From the human T2T-CHM13v2.0 reference genome, Homo sapiens, in the NCBI RefSeq assembly GCF_009914755.1, contig NC_060931.1: a DNA stretch of 64,000 nucleotides. The stretch is one strand, 5' to 3'. Below the pieces are notes generated by a model. It did not search any database, had not been told where the DNA came from, and saw nothing but the letters and a program-made list of their open reading frames with translations. Made by a program: the position numbers and the translations under genes. Positions 56,231 through 64,000 of this stretch are shown here, one piece after another (the stretch's first letter is position 1; each line of letters opens with the position of its first letter).

Positions 56231-56540
56231 TGTCTTAGTCCAATTACTGTGGTTATAACAGAATGCCACAAACTGGGTGATTTATAAACAAAAGAAGCTG
56301 ATTTAGGCTGATTTAGAGGCTGGGGAGTCCAAGAGCTTGGTGCTAGCATCTGATGAGTGTCTTCTTGCTTCATCATAACATGGGAGAGGGCATCACGTGT
56401 GAAGAGAGCTTACTCTTATAACATAGCCACTCCCACAAGAATTAACCCACCGCCATGAGAGCCATGTGAATTCATTCATGAGGACAGCGGGTTAAGTTTC
56501 CAATATATGGACTTTTCGGGGACACATTCAAACCACAGCA
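56231..56540 (-). mobile_element. MST (MSTB/D-like) MaLR LTR
   Basis: TGTCTTAGTCC...ATAACAGAATGCCACAAACTGGGT.ATTTATAAAC...GACACATTCAAACCACAGCA. Confidence 0.8.
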
Positions 56541-59500
56541 GTTAGTTGTAACGTTCGTGTCATGTCTCATTCTGGTTCTGATGCTTGTGCAGTCTCTTCA
56601 AACTGCGTCTTTGCCTTTTAGTGTGCCTTGCAATGTGGAAATGATGTACTGGGTAAGAGGAGCTGTAGTAAAGAGGCTTCTAGTGACGTAGTGACAAGCT
56701 GTGGGGAGAGGGAGTGTTGCACAGTCCTGCCGCATGTCACAGTCTTCCAGTGAGCCTGTGTCCCTGGACTGTGAACTTCATGCTTGCTTCTCAGCTTCCC
56801 CAGCCCCTTAGATGGTACAGAACTGTTGGAGGGGGGTGGAGTTGTATATTTCCCTTGCTCTGGGTAGGTCACCCTCTGATAAAACACCAGGTTAGGCCTC
56901 TGGTGAAATAATTTCTCCTGAGGGCAGACCTTCTATTAATAATAGAATGTTCCAACCTATTTCAAAATGGTTCCTCTTCTCCTTCCACTGCCAGAAGCAT
57001 AATGAGATTTTCCCCCTAATATTCGTGGTAAGGACCTAGCAGAGCTCCAGGAGGTAACACTCTCAAGTGTCTCATACTACCCTGCACCATGACTGGGCTC
57101 TGCTGGAGTTCTTAATTTGCAGAACTGCCCACACTGAGCCTCCCGCAATTTCTCAATTACAGGGCAAACTTTCCCAGCCGGCACTGGGTCCTTGGAGGTT
57201 TCTGTCTGCTGGTTTCTTCCTCTGGAGGTTGTGCTTCTGTGTTTGCCTGTCTCTCCAATTTGGGGGGCAGTGGTTTGCCCAATGACCTCAATTCTCTGAA
57301 AGAGCTAAGAAGAGGTGTTAATTTTTCGGTTTGCTCAGCTTTCTACTTGTTGCTAGAATGGAGCGCCAATAGTGCCTCCTATAGTGACATGTAACCCTCA
57401 ACTCTAGAGATGATGAAGCATACTAATGACAAAGGAGAAATGCTTCAGCAGTTTTCTGTCAGCACATTACCCCTTGAAAAAGCTGCTTCTTCCACATTCT
57501 GCAAGAGATGGTCTCAACTCAGAGCTCAAGGCAAATGACTTCCTTCAAGGAGAAGGAATAAACAGTCTCAGAAACCATGAAAGCCTGCCCCCAGGAGTGT
57601 CCCTGAACCTCAGCAGGGGCCACACTTACCTTGCAGAAATAGGTGAGGCATGCTCCTGGTACAAAATCCCAATGGTACAGAAGGACAAATTGAAAAACAA
57701 GTCTCCCTCTAAACCCCTGACCCCGAGCTACCTAGTTCTCCTCCCTAGAGGCAAAGCTGTTACCAGATTCTTGTATCTCCTTAACATATATCCTTAGAAG
57801 AGCTGTCAAGTGAACACATGTTTAAGTGAAAACCTATTTTAGAAGTGCATTTTCTTAAGGAACTTTAGGGTTGGAAGGAACCTGTGTCAGTCCTTAATTC
57901 ACAACCTCCATTAGTACTTATTGTTCTTGCACAAAAATCTTTCTCAAAAAAGCCCTTTCCACTCTGACATAGCTTATTCTACTTTTACTTAGCTCCAATA
58001 ACTTATAAAACATATTTTTGAAAGTCTAAAATCTGCCACTATGTTTTTTTTTCCTAATCAATCTTTACTTTGACCTCTAAGCCAGAGAAAACAGGTGGTC
58101 AAATGCCTTTTGCCTAAGATGGAACTTAGAATATTTGAAGACCTCAGATCTTCACCCTGCCAAATAACGTGTTTCTCCTCCCCTTTCACAGAGCATTTGG
58201 TTTTAGGAAATTCAGAGCCACATTCCTTATAGACAAGACTAAACTCTTATTCAACATACTCAGAAACTTCTTCTAAGAGGATAACCACTCATCAGAGGAA
58301 AAAAGTTTCTCATGTACAGCTGGCAAAGGGATGGAACCATCTGTGTTATTAAAATTGACAGACGCTTATGAGATTTATTAAGGGAAATACTAGAGTCTTA
58401 GTACATACTTGCTAATATAGCATACATGAAGGCTTTATCTATAATTTTTTTGGCCAAGCAGAAATTTTGGTATTACTCACCCTAACAAATTTCCAAGACA
58501 TTATGAAATAGAATTTTAGGTCCTGACATCACCATTTGTCTCAGGTTTTGAAGCGTTGCTGGACAAGAGGGGTAAAACACGGCTCTGCCTTGGATTCAAA
58601 GTTGGCCTCTCATACTAGCAAGTATACCTTGGTATCCTGGTCACTTCTCCCGGCCACAGCATCACATTGCTATAAAAGGCAGATACAAGTATTAACCAGC
58701 TCACAGGTTATCAGATAAGCTTAGTCTGACCAATGCTTAACACAGCAACTGGGCCACTATTGTCATTCCTGTGGTGGTGGCACACACACCCAGCCTCTGT
58801 CCGGGCCATGGTCTAGGACCACCCTCCACAGAGGCTGTGAGCTAGAGCCCTAACTGTGCAGGGCCCTAACTATGCCAGGCTACTTATCTCTCTTAAGAGG
58901 ACTTCATTAGTGCCTGCTCGGCCATACAGTTTTTTACTTACCAAGTAACACAGTTATCAGCACACTCCAGGTACTAGCCAAGGACTACAAAATCAACGTG
59001 AATGTCAGCTTTTGTATCAAAAGCTCAAAGGAGAAACTCAAACTTTACATAGATGTCCCATGAAGATGTTCAGCAAACCCATTCTTCTCTGTTCCCTGGA
59101 ATCCATCCCAGTATTGTGCTATGTGTGTGTCTAGTAATTCTTTACAAAAAGCTCTGTTTCTTGTGATGCTATCAGATCACATTGAAGAATATACAAGCCG
59201 TACTATGAAGGCTGTTGTCTCATATAGTCCTAACGTAGTGAGAACTGATGTTCTTACATGCTGTCTTTTTGGGCACTCAAAGAAATTCCTGTACAGTCTT
59301 ACAAATCAGTTGTAGCTTAAATTGATTTGTGTTGTGACTTGTACACACAGGTCACATTCCCTTGACAGAAAATATAGTTTAAAACCAAATTTGCAGCCCT
59401 TGTTAAGTGAATGCACAGGACTTTATTGTATTCAGGTCTTTTATTGTAAGACTCACTCCTGTCTTCATTTTATGTTCCACTGTTGTGCTTCCCATTTGCC

Positions 59501-60079
59501 TTTCTCTAGTTTTGTTTTCTGTGTTTCTACGGACTGCTCTCAGCCCAGGTGTGCAGGAAGCACACACATGCCTGCAGAGCCTTCATGGCCTCTGCATTCA
59601 GGGCATGACTTCAACGCACAGTGGCTGTACTGATTTGTTAAAACAAAGGAACAGATTACTTCTCCTAATTCACAGGGAAGTTCCAGGTTGTGCGGGCAGT
59701 GAGCAGACCTGTGTCTGTCTGCGCTTGCCCTGGTGAAAAACCCCACCGTTCAGGCTGCAGGGTGCGAGACCCAGGCACAAACATTTTGCTGGATGAGGAG
59801 GAAAGATGTAAGGTTGCTCCCCTTCAGAGACAGCAAAGGGCAGGTCTGTAGCTTCACTTACTTCAGGATTGTGATTTTTGACAGAGCCGAGAGATCAGGG
59901 TTGTTGAACCAGGCCTGAAGGTCCTAGTGAATCTCGTGAAGAGAGGAGGGGTCTGGCTGTAACATGGACCTAGAGGACATTTTTACTGCAGGAGAAGGAA
60001 CAGTGGGGATGGGGTGGACTTGCCAAAGGAATATAGCTCAAGTTCCTGCAGCCCAAAAAAGCTCAGTTTCTTTTGGCCA

Positions 60080-60990
60080 AAGCTTCCGCGAGTTTCCCTG
60101 GCATTTCTCCTGCGGGAGCTACAGGGGCAGTGGGACACTTAGCCTCTCTAAAAGCACCTCCACGGCTGTTTGTGTCAAGCCTTTATTCCAAGAGCTTCAC
60201 TTTTGCGAAGTAATGTGCTTCACACATTGGCTTCAAAGTACCCATGGCTGGTTGCAATAAACATTAAGGAGGCCTGTCTCTGCACCCGGAGTTGGGTGCC
60301 CTCATTTCAGATGATTTCGAGGGTGCTTGACAAGATCTGAAGGACCCTCGGACTTTAGAGCACCACCTCGGACGCCTGGCACCCCTGCCGCGCGGGCACG
60401 GCGACCTCCTCAGCTGCCAGGCCAGCCTCTGATCCCCGCGAGGGTCCCGTAGTGCTGCAGGGGAGGTGGGGACCCGAATAAAGGAGCAGTTTCCCCGTCG
60501 GTGCCATTATCCGACGCTGGCTCTAAGGCTCGGCCAGTCTGTCTAAAGCTGGTACAAGTTTGCTTTGTAAAACAAAAGAAGGGAAAGGGGGAAGGGGACC
60601 CTGGCACAGATTTGGCTCGACCTGGACATAGGCTGGGCCTGCAAGTCCGCGGGGACCGGGTCCAGAGGGGCAGTGCTGGGAACGCCCCTCTCGGAAATTA
60701 ACTCCTCAGGGCACCCGCTCCCCTCCCATGCGCCGCCCCACTCCCGCCGGAGACTAGGTCCCGCGGGGGCCACCGCTGTCCACCGCCTCCGGCGGCCGCT
60801 GGCCTTGGGTCCCCGCTGCTGGTTCTCCTCCCTCCTCCTCGCATTCTCCTCCTCCTCTGCTCCTCCCGATCCCTCCTCCGCCGCCTGGTCCCTCCTCCTC
60901 CCGCCCTGCCTCCCCGCGCCTCGGCCCGCGCGAGCTAGACGTCCGGGCAGCCCCCGGCGCAGCGCGGCCGCAGCAGCCTCCTCCCCCCGC
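60080..60990 (+). promoter_or_regulatory. EGFR: EGFR promoter (TATA-less, GC-rich, Sp1/GC boxes)
   Basis: Directly upstream of exon 1; CCGCCC boxes (e.g. 60735, 60901); no TATA box near exon 1; sequence recognised as the EGFR promoter. Confidence 0.92.
60823..60915 (+). promoter_or_regulatory. EGFR: TCC-repeat polypyrimidine element of the EGFR promoter
   Basis: Four blocks of TCCTCC(TCC); established as the S1-nuclease-sensitive element of this promoter. Confidence 0.85.
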
Positions 60991-61197
60991 ACGGTGTGAG
61001 CGCCCGCCGCGGCCGAGGCGGCCGGAGTCCCGAGCTAGCCCCGGCGGCCGCCGCCGCCCAGACCGGACGACAGGCCACCTCGTCGGCGTCCGCCCGAGTC
61101 CCCGCCTCGCCGCCAACGCCACAACCACCGCGCACGGCCCCCTGACTCCGTCCAGTATTGATCGGGAGAGCCGGAGCGAGCTCTTCGGGGAGCAGCG
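60937..61197 (+). other. EGFR: EGFR exon 1 5'UTR (start approximate; promoter has multiple TSSs)
   Basis: Matches recalled EGFR mRNA leader AGACGTCCGGGCAGCCCCCGGCGC...GGGGAGCAGCG; no upstream ATG. Confidence 0.88.
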
Positions 61198-61285
61198 ATG
61201 CGACCCTCCGGGACGGCCGGGGCAGCGCTCCTGGCGCTGCTGGCTGCGCTCTGCCCGGCGAGTCGGGCTCTGGAGGAAAAGAAAG
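61198..61285 (+). CDS. EGFR: Epidermal growth factor receptor, coding part of exon 1 (88 nt: signal peptide + LEEKK, phase-1 junction)
   Basis: Translates to [29 protein letters not shown], the human EGFR N-terminus; followed by canonical donor AAG|GTAAGG at 61286. Confidence 0.99.
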
Positions 61286-62475
61286 GTAAGGGCGTGTCTC
61301 GCCGGCTCCCGCGCCGCCCCCGGATCGCGCCCCGGACCCCGCAGCCCGCCCAACCGCGCACCGGCGCACCGGCTCGGCGCCCGCGCCCCCGCCCGTCCTT
61401 TCCTGTTTCCTTGAGATCAGCTGCGCCGCCGACCGGGACCGCGGGAGGAACGGGACGTTTCGTTCTTCGGCCGGGAGAGTCTGGGGCGGGCGGAGGAGGA
61501 GACGCGTGGGACACCGGGCTGCAGGCCAGGCGGGGAACGGCCGCCGGGACCTCCGGCGCCCCGAACCGCTCCCAACTTTCTTCCCTCACTTTCCCCGCCC
61601 AGCTGCGCAGGATCGGCGTCAGTGGGCGAAAGCCGGGTGCTGGTGGGCGCCTGGGGCCGGGGTCCCGCACGTGCGCCCCGCGCTGTCTTCCCAGGGCGCG
61701 ACGGGGTCCTGGCGCGCACCCGAGGGGCGGGCGCTGCCCACCCGCCGAGACTGCACTGTTTAGGGAAGCTGAGGAAGGAACCCAAAAATACAGCCTCCCC
61801 TCGGACCCCGCGGGACAGGCGGCTTTCTGAGAGGACCTCCCCGCCTCCGCCCTCCGCGCAGGTCTCAAACTGAAGCCGGCGCCCGCCAGCCTGGCCCCGG
61901 CCCCTCTCCAGGTCCCCGCGATCCTCGTTCCCCAGTGTGGAGTCGCAGCCTCGACCTGGGAGCTGGGAGAACTCGTCTACCACCACCTGCGGCTCCCGGG
62001 GAGGGGTGGTGCTGGCGGCGGTTAGTTTCCTCGTTGGCAAAAGGCAGGTGGGGTCCGACCCGCCCCTTGGGCGCAGACCCCGGCCGCTCGCCTCGCCCGG
62101 TGCGCCCTCGTCTTGCCTATCCAAGAGTGCCCCCCACCTCCCGGGGACCCCAGCTCCCTCCTGGGCGCCCGCGCCGAAAGCCCCAGGCTCTCCTTCGATG
62201 GCCGCCTCGCGGAGACGTCCGGGTCTGCTCCACCTGCAGCCCTTCGGTCGCGCCTGGGCTTCGCGGTGGAGCGGGACGCGGCTGTCCGGCCACTGCAGGG
62301 GGGGATCGCGGGACTCTTGAGCGGAAGCCCCGGAAGCAGAGCTCATCCTGGCCAACACCATGGTGTTTCAAAATGGGGCTCACAGCAAACTTCTCCTCAA
62401 AACCCGGAGACTTTCTTTCTTGGATGTCTCTTTTTGCTGTTTGAAGAATTTGAGCCAACCAAAATATTAAACCTG

Positions 62476-62480
<5 letters not shown>

Positions 62481-62512
<32 letters not shown>
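62481..62512 (+). repeat. EGFR: EGFR intron 1 CA repeat (CA-SSR1), (CA)16 allele
   Basis: 32 bp perfect CA array ~1.2 kb into intron 1. Confidence 0.97.
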
Positions 62513-62514
<2 letters not shown>

Positions 62515-62761
62515 GGATTGCTGTCCCTGGTTCAAGTGTGCCAAGTGTGCAGACAGAACATGAGCGAGTCTGGCTTCGTGACTACCGACCATAAACCCAC
62601 TTGACAGGGGAAACATGCCTTGGAAGGTTTAATTGCACAATTCCAACCTTGAGCTGCGCGGGTTCCAAGAGCCAGGCCCGTACTTGCTGTTGATGTCATT
62701 GGCTTGGGGAGTTGGGGTTTGGTGCCCAGCGCGGTCGTTGGGGGAGGGGCAAGGCATAGAA

Positions 62762-62951
62762 CAGTGGTTCCCAGACCTTGCTGCACATTGGAATTACCTG
62801 GGATTAAAAAAAAAAAAATCAAAACAAAAACCAGTGTCTGGCTCCCGCCCCCAGACATTCTGATTTAATTGGCATGGGGCAAGACCTGGACTTGGGATTT
62901 TTTTTAATGCTCTTCATGTGATCTGTTGGGCAGCCAGATTTGGGGATCACT
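62762..62951. mobile_element. MER5-type hAT-Charlie fossil
   Basis: CAGTGGTTCCCA start and ATCACT end; GCACATTGGAAT.ACCTGGG and TTCTGATTTAATTGG motifs. Confidence 0.7.
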
Positions 62952-63689
62952 AGACGGAAGAAGGATTGTTAAAGTCTCCGGAGATGTTACTTGCCAATGC
63001 TAAGAGCTCTTTGAGGACATCTGGAATTGTTACAATATTGCCAAATATAGGAAAGAGGGAAAAGGTAGAGTGTGATTCCAATAATAAAGGATTCCGCTTT
63101 TCATTGAAGGAACTGGTGGAAAGGTTTCTTCTCTGCTGAGCCTGCAGGCCCGTCCTGCCTGCCTGGGGTGCCCGGGAGACGCGGGCCTGCTCCGGAGACT
63201 GCTGACTGCCGGTCCTGTTAGTCAGGTGTCAGCCCTGTCTCTGCCGAAGAGACTCTTCTCTTTATTTTAAATTAAACCCTCAGAGCACCACCAAAGCATC
63301 ACTTTTCTCCCTCCATTGGTGTTCTCATTCTTTGATGTTACTTGTTTGAACACCACTATTAGTAGTTGGAGATTTGTTCCTGAGAAAAATATAAATACCA
63401 CTTAATTTGCCTGTTTGTCCCGCATTCACTCAAAACAGAATGCTCCTGAAGACAAGAGAGAGAGTAGGAGAACAGACGCTATTCCATTACAGTAACATAA
63501 AAGACTGGATTTTCAGGGGCAAATTATTAAAATAGGAGATGAGCTCTTTTAACAGAAATTTGTTTAAGGCCTGTGTCTATCAAATTCAGTGGATTTTATT
63601 CAAGATGCACTTTGTTTAGTGGGAGTTTTGTTTGGTTCTGGGACATGCTAACTTCTAGACTTGCTGCTCTTAGAGGTAATGACTGCCAG

Positions 63690-63850
63690 ACACCATTTCA
63701 TGAGTCCTAATCCCCACATTAAGCATAAGAGGTGCACACTCTCCTCCTATGGGGGAAACTGAGGTACGAAGAACTAAAGTGACTTTCCCACAGCTGGTGG
63801 GAGGCAGACGGGAAATTCACACCAGGGGCTTCCAACTCCAGATCCCTCTC
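63690..63850 (-). mobile_element. MIR SINE fragment
   Basis: ATGGGGGAAACTGAGG...AAGTGACTT.CCCACAGCTGGT. Confidence 0.6.
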
Positions 63851-64000
63851 TCAACTTCCAAACTCCACTGCCTTGTCCGAGTTCTGGTTTCAGGAGATCC
63901 AAATCAGGTGTGTGCAAATGTCTAATGTCAGAGCTGGCAAGGGGAAAGGGCCCAGGGAGCCGGCTCATGACGATGAGCCTGTCTGAAGCTTCAACGCGGG

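Larger units (their letters stand above)
50990..57380 (-). mobile_element. Long fragmented L1MC-type LINE (3' end at ~50990, ORF2 to ~54378, ORF1/5' region 55321-57380) with nested insertions and an internal rearrangement
   Basis: AAACTTTATTTTTAGAGCAGTTTTAGGTTCACA L1MC terminus; minus-strand ORF2-like peptides (MIISID.., KINSK..I..NVK..TIK.L..NVGE.L.DL). Confidence 0.85.
60370..62330. promoter_or_regulatory. EGFR: EGFR CpG island spanning promoter, exon 1 and 5' intron 1
   Basis: Very high GC and CpG density, several NotI/SacII sites. Confidence 0.95.
61286..64000 (+). other. EGFR: EGFR intron 1, 5' portion (continues beyond window)
   Basis: Begins GTAAG; no exon 2 sequence (VCQGTSNK) in window. 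Confidence 0.95.

Noticed and set aside
61198-61830. 210-aa ORF starting at the EGFR ATG
   Set aside because: Only the first 29 codons are EGFR; the rest is read-through past the GTAAG donor into GC-rich intron 1
60543-62604. Many long overlapping ORFs on both strands (up to 314 aa)
   Set aside because: Stop-codon scarcity in a CpG island; Arg/Gly/Pro/Ala-rich peptides with no recognisable domain

Overview
Mammalian (almost certainly human, chr7p11.2) genomic DNA. About 60 kb of repeat-rich intergenic sequence lies upstream of EGFR, followed by the TATA-less GC-rich EGFR promoter/CpG island, EGFR exon 1 (ATG at 61198, signal peptide [26 protein letters not shown] donor at 61286) and the first ~2.7 kb of intron 1 with its (CA)16 microsatellite. 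EGFR exon 1 is the only protein-coding sequence I can support; the other listed ORFs are L1/Alu remnants, simple repeats or GC-rich chance ORFs. I see no new gene system. The most unusual structures are: (i) a 132-bp, 96%-identical inverted repeat built from ancient MIR sequence (8317-8947); (ii) an AluJ cut in two and left on opposite strands, recording a complex inversion inside an old L1 (54379-55320); (iii) an old local duplication in which one copy preserves the empty site of a 5'-inverted (twin-primed) L1PA insertion in the other (4190-6180); (iv) an orphan CpG island ~14 kb upstream of EGFR; (v) a -216T/-191C/(CA)16 EGFR regulatory haplotype. Repeat subfamily names come from recalled consensus motifs, not a RepeatMasker run, and repeat boundaries are approximate unless TSDs/termini are quoted.
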